From contig JBCBJQ010000046.1 of assembly GCA_038523235.1 (NCBI GenBank), positions 1-43,246 on the forward strand: 43,246 nt of DNA. The letters are read 5' to 3'. The position numbers were made by a program, and so were the translations under genes. This document shows positions 8,906 through 19,040 of this stretch, piece after piece. Source of the DNA: Cyanobacteria bacterium J06626_4 (GTDB lineage Bacteria > Cyanobacteriota > Cyanobacteriia > Phormidesmidales > Phormidesmidaceae). Numbering within the stretch: the stretch's first letter is position 1; each line of letters begins with the position of its first letter. Under the pieces are notes generated by a model. The model did not search any database and was not told the origin of the DNA. It saw only the letters and a list, made by a program, of their open reading frames with translations.

Positions 8906-10303
8906 CTAGGCAATTTCGAGCGCCATCAATACAAAACGCAAAACAAAAATGGCGGCAATCATCCACACGACCCAGCTAATTTCCTGCGCTTTGCCTTGAA
9001 AGGCTTTGATCAGCGGGTAGGCGATGAAGCCCACCGCAAGCCCTTCAGCAATGGAATAGGTCAGCGGCATCAACAAAATGGTTAGGAAGGACGGAATCGA
9101 CTCAGCCGGATCAGACCAGCGAATACCCGCCACGCTGCCCATCATTAAAACGCCGACAATCACCAGCGCTGAGGCCGTGGCATAGCCAGGAATCGCTGAA
9201 AGTAAAGGAATAAAAAAGATCGACAGCAAAAAGCAGCCAGCCGTCACCACGGCGGTGAAGCCCGATCGCCCGCCCTCGGTAATACCAGAGGCCGATTCGA
9301 TATAGCTGGTGACGGTAGAGGTGCCTAAAAACGCACCGGCGGTCGTGCCCACCGCATCGGCCATCAGGGCTTGATTGGCTCGCGGCAGAGTCCCATCTTC
9401 GGCAATGTAGCCCGCTTGAACGCCGATGCCCGACAGGGTGCCAATGGTGTCAAACAGATCGACAAAAAGGAAGACAAACATGATGACCAGAAAGTTGGCT
9501 AAACCAGCGGTCGCAATTTGCCCCATGCCGACAAAGGCCTGTCCGATCAAGTCAGCAGGCCAGAGGGGCAAGCCCACAATGCCGCTGGGCCACGGCGAAA
9601 TGCCGAGTAGCCAACCCAACAGGGCGCTGGCCAAAATGCCCCACAGCAAGGCTCCTTTGACTCTTCTGGCCACAAAGGCCGCCGTGATGAGAATGCCAAC
9701 GATCGCCATCAGCGTTTCCGGTCGTCCGAGATTGCCCAGGGTAGTCGTGGTGGCTTCTGACGCGACGATAATGCCCGCGCCACCAAAGTCAGGGTTGCCA
9801 GACAGGGCAATGTAAGCGATGAACAGCCCGATACCAGCAGCGGTTGCTCGCTTTAAGCATTCGGGCACGGCGGCAATGATGGCAGCCCGCAGGTTTGTCA
9901 GCGTCAGAATGATAAAGAGCAGCCCTTCGATAAAAACTGCGGCGAGGGCGACCCGCCAGTCGATGCCCAAGCCCAACACGACCGAAAACGCGAAAAACGC
10001 ATTGAGTCCCATGCCGGGGGCAAGGGCAATGGGATATTTGGCCACAATACCCATAATCAAGGTGGCGATCGCCGCTGAGATGCCCGTCGCCACCACCAAC
10101 TCGCCGAACAGATCACCGCTCTCTTGTAAAAAAATTGCGTTCGAAAGAATGTCAGGATTCACCACCAAGATGTAGGCCATGGTGATGAAGGTGGTAGTGC
10201 CAGCAATAACTTCAGTTTTTAAGTCAGTTTTCAGGCCCGCGAAGTCAAAAAATCGGGCGATCGCAGTTGGCGCTGGCATTGAATCAGGCGACGAATTATT
10301 CAT
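8906..10303 (-). CDS. NCS2/AzgA-family purine permease
   Basis: EVIAGTTTFITMAYILVVNP, PIALAPGMGLNAFF, FDTIGTL, YIESASGITEGGRSG, MPLTYSIAEG. Confidence 0.95.
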   Translation of the reverse strand: MNNSSPDSMPAPTAIARFFDFAGLKTDLKTEVIAGTTTFITMAYILVVNPDILSNAIFLQESGDLFGELVVATGISAAIATLIMGIVAKYPIALAPGMGLNAFFAFSVVLGLGIDWRVALAAVFIEGLLFIILTLTNLRAAIIAAVPECLKRATAAGIGLFIAYIALSGNPDFGGAGIIVASEATTTTLGNLGRPETLMAIVGILITAAFVARRVKGALLWGILASALLGWLLGISPWPSGIVGLPLWPADLIGQAFVGMGQIATAGLANFLVIMFVFLFVDLFDTIGTLSGIGVQAGYIAEDGTLPRANQALMADAVGTTAGAFLGTSTVTSYIESASGITEGGRSGFTAVVTAGCFLLSIFFIPLLSAIPGYATASALVIVGVLMMGSVAGIRWSDPAESIPSFLTILLMPLTYSIAEGLAVGFIAYPLIKAFQGKAQEISWVVWMIAAIFVLRFVLMALEIA

Positions 10304-10545
10304 GGCGGGGCACTCGATATCTCAATCAGATAGTTGTTTGATAATCAATCGCCAAAATCTTATTACAGTCGGGGGCACTAGAACTGTTTGGGCACAACAC
10401 CTACAACGCAATTACTGCAGTATCGTCCGACGCACGATCGCGGCTCCGGGCTGATCGCACTGATGAGGCCGGGCAGATGCGGCCTTAGCAGTGGGTACCG
10501 GCAGCTTGATTGGGTACTTTATGGCTGACGAACGCACCGCTAGTC

Positions 10546-11454
10546 ATGGATGAATCCCTCCGAGAGCTGTATCAGAATGGCGCTTTAGCCCTCAAACAGG
10601 CTCGTTATGATGACGCGATCACCAACCTCGAAAGATTTTGCAAAGAGGTCATCAATCGTCAGTCCAAAGAATTTTTTCAGGCTCAAATGTGGTTGATTCA
10701 GGCCTACCACAAAGACCAGAAAGACCTGCACGCGATCTCGCTCTGTGAGCAGCTGACCAAAAGCGACATTCCTCAAGTCAAGCAGTGGGCCCATCAAGCG
10801 CTGAGCAAATTAATGGATGCCGTTCCGCCGGCGCCAGACGATACCGTCGCCGCCCCCAGCGGCTCTTTGGGGGCGGCGCTGAGGGCCGACAGGGCAGCGC
10901 CGATGGCTGCACCTGAACCGATCGACAGCATTGTCCCAGCTGCCGCCGCCCCCACTAGCACTTTACCCAGACGGGCTGCTGCCCCCAGCCCTAACCGCCC
11001 CCGACTCGCTCAGAAACCTCAGCCCAAAGACTATACCCAGCAAATCATGGTCGCCATCGGGCACGGCTCGATTTCACTGCTTGCGAGTATTTTGCTGTTT
11101 CTTTTGTTTGGCGATTCGGTGGTGGCAAATGGTCTAGGCATCCTGAGATTTGCTGTGCCGTTGGCGATTTTTTTGACCACTGATGATGCGACGGTCAAAG
11201 CCAACGCCCGTGAAGCGACCAATTATGCTCTAACCTGCCTAATTCTGTTTATCCCGATCTTGATGGCCTTATTCTTTTTGGCTTTGATCTTTGCTGTCGC
11301 TTGGCCCATTGGAATTTTGCTGGGTCTGGTTTTAGGGGCTTATCTTTTGATTTTTTCCCTTTATCCCATCTTCGCCACTGGTCTCTGCATCACTCAGGAA
11401 GACCATGTTTTTCACTATCCCAATTGGCTGGTTTTGCCGTTCCTGAAAGAATGA
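10546..11454 (+). CDS. TPR-like N-terminus, Pro/Ala linker and DUF4870-like membrane domain
   Basis: YQNGALALKQARYDDAI... (TPR-like); VKANAREATNYALT and FHYP near the C-terminus (DUF4870/Tic20-like). ATG at 10546. Confidence 0.7.
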   Translation: MDESLRELYQNGALALKQARYDDAITNLERFCKEVINRQSKEFFQAQMWLIQAYHKDQKDLHAISLCEQLTKSDIPQVKQWAHQALSKLMDAVPPAPDDTVAAPSGSLGAALRADRAAPMAAPEPIDSIVPAAAAPTSTLPRRAAAPSPNRPRLAQKPQPKDYTQQIMVAIGHGSISLLASILLFLLFGDSVVANGLGILRFAVPLAIFLTTDDATVKANAREATNYALTCLILFIPILMALFFLALIFAVAWPIGILLGLVLGAYLLIFSLYPIFATGLCITQEDHVFHYPNWLVLPFLKE

Positions 11455-11519
11455 TCTTCTCAGCCAAGCGATCATTGCCCTCAAAAGTGATTCGTCACTT
11501 CAGCCAAGAGAAAACGCTA

Positions 11520-13139
11520 TTAGGCCTGATACTGATCAGATTCGAGCAGTCCCTGATCGAGCTTGATAACGCGATCGGCTAGATGAAAGTAATGGTCGTC
11601 ATGGCTGATCACCAGTACTGTTTTTCCCCGCTGTTTCAGCTCTGTCAGCAATTGGGTGTAGAAAACGTCGCGGAAAATCGGATCTTGATCGGCAGCCCAT
11701 TCATCAAACAGGTAAATCGACCGATCTTCTAGATACGCGGCAAGCAAGGCCAATCGTTTGCGCTGCCCCTGTGAAAGCGCCAGAGTAGACAGCTGACCAT
11801 CTTGTACAGAGACTTTTTGCTCAAGTTCCAATTTCTTGAGATAGGTCAGCGCTTGCTCGTCGACGGTCAGTGCTTCAGCCGCGATCAGCCGCTCAAACAG
11901 ATAAAAGTCTGAAAAGATCGCGGAAAAATGCTGGCGATACCATTCACGATTGGCATCCACAATGAGTTGATCATCAAGCCGGAGTTCGCCTGCGTCCGGA
12001 TTGTAGAGTCCGGTAATCAGTTTCGCCAGGGTCGATTTGCCACTACCGTTGCCGCCGACGATAAACACCAGTTCGCCTGCTTTCAGCGTCAGGTTTAAGG
12101 GGCCGATGCTAAAGGCATGGTCGGCATCTTCACCCTGGTAAGAATGGGACACGCGATCGAGGGTCAACGTGTGCCAGCTGGAGGGTGACGGTTGGCGGAT
12201 CACCGAAGCGGTCTCTGCCTGTTCCGTCAAGGTGAGCCCCATCGCCGTGACTTTTTTAATGGCGACGTCAGCACTAGCAAGGAAGGGAAGCTGTCGAATC
12301 AGACTTTCAATCGGGCCAAGCAGGTAAGTCAGAGTCAGAATGTAGGCCGGTAGAACGACTTGAGTATTTGGGGCCAGTTGGGGCACGCCAAACAACAGCA
12401 ATCCCACCAGCATAAAAAACAGCATTTGGCCGCCACCAGTGGCTAGGGCAGCAACTTTATAGGCCGCTTTTTCATGACGCTGTGAGGCCGCTGCGCTGAC
12501 CGCCAGATCCGCATCAAAGAAGGTTTGTCGTCGAGCTGAATGTAACTTGAGTTCTTTAATGCCGTCAGTCAGACTGCGAAAGTGACGAAACAGGCGATCT
12601 ACTTCCTGCCGGGCCAGATCCAGGTAGCGATGGGCATAGTTGATCAGGGTTTGGACGAGGGCGATCGCGGCCAACAAAAAGACCAGCACGGCGACCAACA
12701 CCCAGCCCGATAGCCAGCCCAAGTAAACCAGACAGCCCCCAATCACCGCGATGTCGATGCAGAGAAACGGAATCACAAATACCGTGTTAGAGATGGTCTG
12801 CACATCCTCAGTCAGCACTGCCAACAGCTGATTGGGCCCCAACCGCTCTAGCTGCTGCAGCGGGGCAGACAAAATCTGCTGACTCAGGCGTAGCCGCAGT
12901 CGATAAATCGAATCTTGTGCCAGATCAATCAGCACAAACTGAGAAAGGCTGCCCGTGATTAGGGCCAACACGGCCAGTCCGACAAAGGAGGCAATGAAGG
13001 CCGAGGGAGAATTTTGAGCGATCGCGGTATTGATCAGGGCGATCAGCCGGGCGCTACAGCCGCCGCTAATCACCCCAGCCACGATCGCCACCATGACATT
13101 GACCCAAGCGGCTTTGATTAAGAGCCAGATGATCCCCAT
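11520..13139 (-). CDS. Cyclic peptide export ABC transporter (YojI/PvdE/SyrD family), fused TMD and NBD
   Basis: GIKELKL, Walker A GGNGSGKST, LSQGQRKRLALL, FDEWAADQDP (family-typical), ISHDD. Start placed at MGIIW (13139). Confidence 0.93.
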   Translation of the reverse strand: MGIIWLLIKAAWVNVMVAIVAGVISGGCSARLIALINTAIAQNSPSAFIASFVGLAVLALITGSLSQFVLIDLAQDSIYRLRLRLSQQILSAPLQQLERLGPNQLLAVLTEDVQTISNTVFVIPFLCIDIAVIGGCLVYLGWLSGWVLVAVLVFLLAAIALVQTLINYAHRYLDLARQEVDRLFRHFRSLTDGIKELKLHSARRQTFFDADLAVSAAASQRHEKAAYKVAALATGGGQMLFFMLVGLLLFGVPQLAPNTQVVLPAYILTLTYLLGPIESLIRQLPFLASADVAIKKVTAMGLTLTEQAETASVIRQPSPSSWHTLTLDRVSHSYQGEDADHAFSIGPLNLTLKAGELVFIVGGNGSGKSTLAKLITGLYNPDAGELRLDDQLIVDANREWYRQHFSAIFSDFYLFERLIAAEALTVDEQALTYLKKLELEQKVSVQDGQLSTLALSQGQRKRLALLAAYLEDRSIYLFDEWAADQDPIFRDVFYTQLLTELKQRGKTVLVISHDDHYFHLADRVIKLDQGLLESDQYQA

Positions 13140-13349
13140 AATGCACCTTGATCTTGATAAATGAGGAGGGCAGTCAACACTTTCTAGCCTGCTACGCGTC
13201 ACCCCAGGTGGTGGCTAGCCATAGGTCAGTGTGACAGGTGGCCGATGGCTAGCGCGATTTAACCTTCTCAGCAGTTTCTTAAAACGCTCTCTAGAAGCTT
13301 GACTTATAGTGAAGAAAAGGCAATTTACTCCGAAAGAGACATTGAAACC

Positions 13350-14003
13350 ATGGTGTTATTTGGCTTTGGCAAAAAGCTTGAACTTCCGAGTCCTGACCAG
13401 GCACTGCCCGGTCGGAGCGAACCGATGCCCGTGCCCGACAAACATTATGTCAACGGCCACCCATTGAAGCCACCGTTCCCCGCTGGCATGGAAACTGCGC
13501 TGTTTGGGATGGGGTGCTTTTGGGGCGCTGAGCGCAAATTTTGGGAAACGGCTGGGGTTTACACCACGGCGGTTGGCTACGCGGCAGGCTCAACACCCAA
13601 CCCGACCTATCGCGAAGTATGCTCCGGCATGACCGGCCACAACGAAGTTGTACTGGTCGTTTACGACCCTAGCGTCATCACCTATGAAGGCATCTTGAAA
13701 GTCTTCTGGGAGAACCACAATCCCACTCAGGGCATGCGCCAGGGCAACGATACGGGCACGCAATATCGCTCCGGTGCCTACACCTATTCCGACAAGCAGC
13801 ACAAACTGGCAGAAGCCTCACGCGACGCTTATCAGGCCCAGCTCAAATCAGCCGGGCTCGGCAAAATCACGACCGAAATCCTCACTGCGCCTGAGTTTTA
13901 CTACGCTGAAGATTATCACCAGCAGTACCTGGCAAAAAATCCCGGCGGCTACTGTGGCCTCGGCGGTACGGGCGTTGCTTGCCCCACTGGCCTCAGCGTT
14001 TAG
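13350..14003 (+). CDS. msrA: Peptide-methionine (S)-S-oxide reductase MsrA
   Basis: [44 protein letters not shown]. Confidence 0.97.
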   Translation: MVLFGFGKKLELPSPDQALPGRSEPMPVPDKHYVNGHPLKPPFPAGMETALFGMGCFWGAERKFWETAGVYTTAVGYAAGSTPNPTYREVCSGMTGHNEVVLVVYDPSVITYEGILKVFWENHNPTQGMRQGNDTGTQYRSGAYTYSDKQHKLAEASRDAYQAQLKSAGLGKITTEILTAPEFYYAEDYHQQYLAKNPGGYCGLGGTGVACPTGLSV

Positions 14004-14036
14004 TTGATGTCACCGCATCACAAACCTTGAACAGTC

Positions 14037-14070
14037 AAGCGCATTTCCATTCTGTGGGGATGCGCTTTTT
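14037..14070 (+). terminator. Rho-independent terminator of msrA
   Basis: AAGCGCATTTCCA-ttctg-TGGGGATGCGCTT followed by a T run, between convergent genes. Confidence 0.75.
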
Positions 14071-14108
14071 CTGTCGACTATTGCAGATGGTCAGAAATAC
14101 AAGCAGCC

Positions 14109-14477
14109 TTAGCTGTCTCCATCTCGCTGCATCAGATAGTCCAGCACCCGATCAATTTTTTCCAACGCTGCCTGCGTCGTTTGCTGAAAGGCGGCAAATT
14201 CTGCTCGATATCTGGTTTCATCCAGCGCCAATTGAGCCATCGTTTGCTCTAGCTGACTGTGGAGCCGGAAGGTCTGCTCAATTTGCTGAGAGTTCCGCTC
14301 AATTTGCTGGGAGTTCCGCTCAATTTGCCGAGAGTTCCGCTCAGTTTGCTGTTCGATGCGGTCAGCCCGTTGCAAATTCTGCCGGGATAACTCAAGCGTT
14401 TGCAACATCATGTCCCCAGCGGTTGCCATGAGGTTTTCTAAGCGATCTAGACGAGCTTCGACGGATAAGTCGGTCAT
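14109..14477 (-). CDS. Coiled-coil hypothetical protein with heptad repeat
   Basis: EARLDRLE start, (ERNSxQI)x3, C-terminal LEKIDRVLDYLMQR. Confidence 0.7.
   Translation of the reverse strand: MTDLSVEARLDRLENLMATAGDMMLQTLELSRQNLQRADRIEQQTERNSRQIERNSQQIERNSQQIEQTFRLHSQLEQTMAQLALDETRYRAEFAAFQQTTQAALEKIDRVLDYLMQRDGDS
14276..14351. repeat. 21-bp tandem repeat, about 3.6 copies, coding
   Basis: GCTCAATTTGC(T/C)G(A/G)GAGTTCC at 14276, 14297 and 14318, plus a partial copy at 14339. Confidence 0.9.
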
Positions 14478-14641
14478 AGCAGCAACGGTATCGATTACCG
14501 ACTATTTTACTGCTTCTCAAAACAGCGTTTCCTGGTGATTCATGTCAGTGGACAAAGAGTGAGGATGAATTTTGTCGCTCACATCAACTGTCCGCACTCA
14601 CTGCTCGATAATTCCCATCCGATTGATCGCTCAGACAAAGC

Positions 14642-16153
14642 TCACGACTCCGCACGCACCCAATACAAGTAGTAAGTTTCGTTTTGCGATTGCTCAAACG
14701 CCGCTAACGGGGTGATCGCTAACCCAGAGGCAGGCACGGCCAACGGCTCGGTTAATATCAGCAAAATTTCGGGATGGGTGGGCAAAAGTTCGCTGACCTG
14801 ACGTAGCACTTCAGTTTGCTCAACTGGCTGGCGATCGCCCTTAAAAAAAAGCGTATAGCTGCCCAAATCTTGCCGCTCAGGATAATAAATTTGTCGCCCG
14901 AGATGACCACTTAAAGGGGCCAGTTCAGCATCGCGGCTACCCACCATAAAGGCCGTTTGTAGGTCAGCCTGTCGGATATACGCTGCCGCTGCCCGCCCCG
15001 CTGAATAGGGCACCACCAGATCTAAACCAAACCAATACAGACCGTTGACCAAGTTGACGATTAAAACCGTCGTGAGGATTAGCCGAAAACTGCGTCGAGA
15101 CTGAACTGACCATCTTTCCAACAGTGGCCAGTGGCGGGTGATGACGGCGGACTCGGCAAACTGCTGACCCAGCCACAGAGCGGCAAACAGCACGAGATAA
15201 AAATTGCCAAAATGCCGAATAAAGCGCGGCATAAACTTGGCATAGGTGAACCCTAAAATCAGACCGTTTGAAACGAGGTAAAACGTCAAGGCATAGGGCT
15301 TTTTGATCAGGTGCAAACTCACCAAAACGAACGCTGCGATCGCCACCAGCGTACACACCACCACATCGAGCAGCCGCTTGCGGTTAGGAATCACGGTGTA
15401 ATATCCGGCAAAAAAGCGCCCTATTGTGCTGAGCAAACGATCTAAATCAAAGTAGAAAAAAGATTCACCCAGGGCCGAGTTTGCTACCTCACTCGGCGGC
15501 AAAATAAAGTACAGCGACATCGCACAGCCGACAACAATCAGCAGGCTGCTGCCGACAATATCGAACCAGGGACGCGGACGTTTGGCCTCCAACAACAGCT
15601 CTAGCGCTAGGGTCAGCGCGATCGCGATCGCCATCCACAAGGCATACACATTGCTATTAGCCAACAGCGCCAACAGCCCAGCCAGAGGCCAGTAAGCCCG
15701 TCGTCGCGTGGGCCACAGCGCACAAATCGCAAACAACAAACACATCGCCACCGCATAGTTGCGAGCAATGATGGAATATTCATAGAAGGGCAAGTAGTCA
15801 AAGGTAAACAGCCACTTTTGCCCTTGAGAAAACGCACTGTAGCGCCAAAACAGAGTCAGGCTGACCATTGCCAGCAGCCAGTGAAATATCTGCATGGCGA
15901 GGGGATGACCAAAACCGGTGTGTAAGGCGGCGACGATAAGGTGCCATAACCCTGGATGGGCGCGATCGTAGTGAATGTTGTTAATCAGCGCGGCTAGGGT
16001 AGGACTGTCTCGCGCAATCAGCCAGACATTCATCTCGTCGCGCCAAGGGCTGTGATTGAGCGTCGCGATCAGACCGAAACTAGCCGCGATCGCGAGGGCA
16101 GCCCACCGTGACCGATAAACACGCATGAGCCAGCTCAGCAACTGCTGTTTCAT
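14642..16153 (-). CDS. Polytopic membrane protein, GT-C-like glycosyltransferase candidate
   Basis: First-loop motif HSPWRDE, HPGLWH and ARNYA; many TM segments; soluble C-terminal domain. Confidence 0.6.
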   Translation of the reverse strand: MKQQLLSWLMRVYRSRWAALAIAASFGLIATLNHSPWRDEMNVWLIARDSPTLAALINNIHYDRAHPGLWHLIVAALHTGFGHPLAMQIFHWLLAMVSLTLFWRYSAFSQGQKWLFTFDYLPFYEYSIIARNYAVAMCLLFAICALWPTRRRAYWPLAGLLALLANSNVYALWMAIAIALTLALELLLEAKRPRPWFDIVGSSLLIVVGCAMSLYFILPPSEVANSALGESFFYFDLDRLLSTIGRFFAGYYTVIPNRKRLLDVVVCTLVAIAAFVLVSLHLIKKPYALTFYLVSNGLILGFTYAKFMPRFIRHFGNFYLVLFAALWLGQQFAESAVITRHWPLLERWSVQSRRSFRLILTTVLIVNLVNGLYWFGLDLVVPYSAGRAAAAYIRQADLQTAFMVGSRDAELAPLSGHLGRQIYYPERQDLGSYTLFFKGDRQPVEQTEVLRQVSELLPTHPEILLILTEPLAVPASGLAITPLAAFEQSQNETYYLYWVRAES

Positions 16154-16595
16154 GGGGCGAACCGCATCACATTTGGAGCTATCTCAAGGAAACACACAGC
16201 CTGGACCGCCAACTCAGAGAGCACCCTATCACATATCGGCAAACCCGCCTTTAGCGCACCGGTGGCACTGCTGAGTGTCGGTTAGCTCAGCCTATTTTAT
16301 GTCGGTGTCAGCCGAGGCAACTTTCCGAATGGGTTCCGAATGGGTGTTGAGAATCCTGACAATGCCCACCATTTTGAGCAAAATTGGGCAATCTATTGAG
16401 CGGTGGTCAACCGCAAAAGAGCTGTCGGAAAAACCACCAGACTAACAGGGTGCAAATCGTCGTGATCGATGCTGAGAGCATCACTGAGCAAAATCAAGTC
16501 TGAGTTTGCTACCGATCAGAGCAATTGCTTAGAGCTACATTTGGGCGATCACGACGCGATCGCAAATCCCCCACCCTTGCCGGAGATAATTGACT

Positions 16596-17198
16596 ATGGT
16601 GCAGTCGGTTCCCCCCTCGCTGTCAGACGAGCAACAGCTAGAAGCACTCTTAACGCAGCGTCGCCAAGACACCCATCGCGTTGACGAAATTGATGCTGAT
16701 ATCCGCGATCGCTTCTTAGCAACCCGAGCGATCGTCGTGCTCGATATGGTCGGGTTTTCACGCCAGACTCAAGAACAGGGCATCATTCCCACTCTGCAAA
16801 AGATCTACGCGTTAAGAGAGACGGCGACCCCGATCCTGGAAGCTCATCAAGGCAGAGTTTTCAAGCAGGACGCGGACAATCTGTACGCGGCGTTTGCCAC
16901 GCCTGATGCAGCGCTTGCGGCGACGGAGCATCTGCTGACCAAGCTGAACGCCATCAATATTCACGCCAGCATTGGGATCGGCTATGGTGAAGTGCTCGTG
17001 GTAGGCGAACATAATTTATACGGTAACGAAATCAACCTGGCTTCTAAACTCGGTGAAGACATCGCCGGTGATGATGAGATCTTGCTCACGGCTGCCGCCC
17101 ACGATGCACTGACAACGACTGATTGGCAGTTTACTCGCACGGTACAAAAGGTTTCTGACGTGACTCCAACGGTCTATCAGCTGCAGCGTCATGCCTAA
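16596..17198 (+). CDS. Stand-alone class III adenylate/guanylate cyclase domain protein
   Basis: LDMVGFS and KQDADN metal-binding Asp residues, SIGIGYGEV, GNEINLASKL. Confidence 0.85.
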   Translation: MVQSVPPSLSDEQQLEALLTQRRQDTHRVDEIDADIRDRFLATRAIVVLDMVGFSRQTQEQGIIPTLQKIYALRETATPILEAHQGRVFKQDADNLYAAFATPDAALAATEHLLTKLNAINIHASIGIGYGEVLVVGEHNLYGNEINLASKLGEDIAGDDEILLTAAAHDALTTTDWQFTRTVQKVSDVTPTVYQLQRHA

Positions 17199-17318
17199 AA
17201 GGGGAATCCCTCACCACTCCCAACGATAGGAATGCGGGTTGTGTGGCGGTGGGTCAGACGACTTCTGGTGGGGAATTTAGGACGACCTGTAGGAATCTGA
17301 CGACCCTACGCGAAGTTC

Positions 17319-17465
17319 ATTTTCAGGGCAATATTTCATGACGCGGGCGCGCCACTCCAAACGATGAAAAGGGGCTTTCAGAACCCCGGTTTCTTGGTTA
17401 TGACCAGTCCATCACAGGTTTTCTCCGACAGAAACCGGGGTTCTTGGCGCTATTTTCAGAGCAAT
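17319..17465. repeat. Composite repeat: 15-bp perfect inverted repeat inside 14-bp direct repeats
   Basis: AGAACCCCGGTTTCT (17380-17394) and AGAAACCGGGGTTCT (17430-17444); ATTTTCAG(G/A)GCAAT at 17319-17332 and 17452-17465. Confidence 0.7.
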
Positions 17466-17628
17466 TTAGGTGGAACGCCTACAAGACTTGCAGTTCGAGC
17501 CTCAGAACGGAGCCCATTAACCCCGTAGTTCAGCACATCGAGCCCAAAACCTGTGTCCAGCAATTCGGCGGGTGGGCGTTTTCGCGAGATGATGGAGACG
17601 CTGACGTATCAAGATATTAGGAATAGCT

Positions 17629-18510
17629 GTGGCGCGATCGCTCTCGACTCTCAACGGGGCTACTCAGGTTTGGGGCATCATTGGATACCCCATCGAACAC
17701 TCCTTGTCGCCGCCCATGCAAAACGCGGCCCTAGGGGAATTGGGGATCAATGGCGTGTATGCGCCGTTTGCGGTGGAGCCAATGGCGCTTGAGTCGGCGA
17801 TCGCGGGGCTGTGGTCGGTGGGCGTGCAGGGATTCAACGTGACGATTCCCCACAAGCAGGCAGTGATATCGCAGCTCGCCACAGTGACCGAAGTGGGGCA
17901 AGCAGTCGGTGCAGTGAATACGGTCTGGCGCACGGATCAGGGCTGGGCAGGCACCAATACTGACGTGACGGGATTTATTGCCCCTTTGAAGTCCAGCGAT
18001 CACCCTTGGGCAGACGCGCGAGTGGTGATTTTGGGCAATGGCGGGGCCGCGCGAGCCGTCGTTGCGGGCTGCATGACTCTCGGCTGTCGAGATATTTGGG
18101 TGATCGGACGCAGCACGGGCAAGCTACAGCAGTTCGTCCAAAGCTGGCAAGACTCGCCCCTGCAGCCAACCTTACAAACCGGCCTCAATTCAGACCTTGA
18201 CGCCCTGCTGCCAGAAACCATGTTGCTCGTCAATACCACTCCAGTGGGGATGCACCCGGCGATCGGCATGAGTCCCATTACAGCAATTCAGCTGAGTCAG
18301 CTGCCCGCCAGCGCGATCGCCTACGACCTGATTTATACGCCCAGCCCCACGCAGTTTCTCCAACTCGCTGCCCAGCGCGGCCTGCAGACCATCGATGGGG
18401 TCGAAATGCTGGTGCAACAGGGCGCCGCTGCCCTCAAAATTTGGACCCAACAAACACCGCCCATTGCAACCATGCGTCAGACCCTTGAGGCACAATTGGG
18501 ACAGCGCTAA
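17629..18510 (+). CDS. aroE: Shikimate dehydrogenase
   Basis: HSLSPPMQN, NVTIPHKQ, GAVNT, NTDVTG, GNGGAARA, NTTPVGM, DLIYTP, GVEMLVQQG. Confidence 0.97.
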   Translation: MARSLSTLNGATQVWGIIGYPIEHSLSPPMQNAALGELGINGVYAPFAVEPMALESAIAGLWSVGVQGFNVTIPHKQAVISQLATVTEVGQAVGAVNTVWRTDQGWAGTNTDVTGFIAPLKSSDHPWADARVVILGNGGAARAVVAGCMTLGCRDIWVIGRSTGKLQQFVQSWQDSPLQPTLQTGLNSDLDALLPETMLLVNTTPVGMHPAIGMSPITAIQLSQLPASAIAYDLIYTPSPTQFLQLAAQRGLQTIDGVEMLVQQGAAALKIWTQQTPPIATMRQTLEAQLGQR

Positions 18511-18581
18511 TCGCGGCTGACGCCGGCATTTCACGGTAGGCTGGATTGAGAGAATCTGATGATTTAGGTAAAAGAAGCTCT

Positions 18582-19022
18582 ATGATGCGCACTGGATTGA
18601 AGGCGGCTTTGACCCTAGGGCTGATGGCCTGCTTGTTTGCGCTGACGTTTGTCATCACGCCAGTGGCCCAGGCCATGACCCAGATTGAGCTGAAGGATCT
18701 GAGTTATGTCGCTTGCCCCGCTGAATTTTCGGAAGGCATTGTGGCCTCTGGCTCGTTGCAAGCGGCGAAGTGCTATCTCATTCAAGGCACGGCGGTCAAC
18801 AGCTCTGGCAAGCCCGTCTTAAACGCTGACGTGTTTGGGCGCATCTACGATGCCAACAATAACCCCGCCATGATGAATCGAACGCGGTTGGGTGCCATTG
18901 ATGAAGTGCCGCCTGGCGAAAGTCCTTTTGAGCTGCGGGTTTCAGTGGCAGCCAATCAGCCCGAACCCTTGCAGTTAGAGCAGTTTAAGGCCTCGGGTTT
19001 TACTGGACGAGTCCGTCGTTAG
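18582..19022 (+). CDS. Exported hypothetical protein with a Cys pair
   Basis: Signal peptide ending AQA; ACP...KCY; ADVFGRIYDANNNP; co-oriented between aroE and tag. Confidence 0.8.
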   Translation: MMRTGLKAALTLGLMACLFALTFVITPVAQAMTQIELKDLSYVACPAEFSEGIVASGSLQAAKCYLIQGTAVNSSGKPVLNADVFGRIYDANNNPAMMNRTRLGAIDEVPPGESPFELRVSVAANQPEPLQLEQFKASGFTGRVRR

Positions 19023-19040
19023 GGCAATTGTTTTGCAAGG

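Noticed and set aside
14276..14351. Possible CRISPR array
   Set aside because: Repeats are contiguous with no spacers, 21 bp long and in frame within a CDS; no cas genes are present.
16230..16300. c-di-GMP-I (GEMM) riboswitch suggested by GGCAAACC
   Set aside because: No GAAA tetraloop stem or GACGCAAAGC-like segment follows.
16323..16345. TTCCGAATGGG tandem duplication
   Set aside because: Only two 11-bp copies with no other support; likely slippage.
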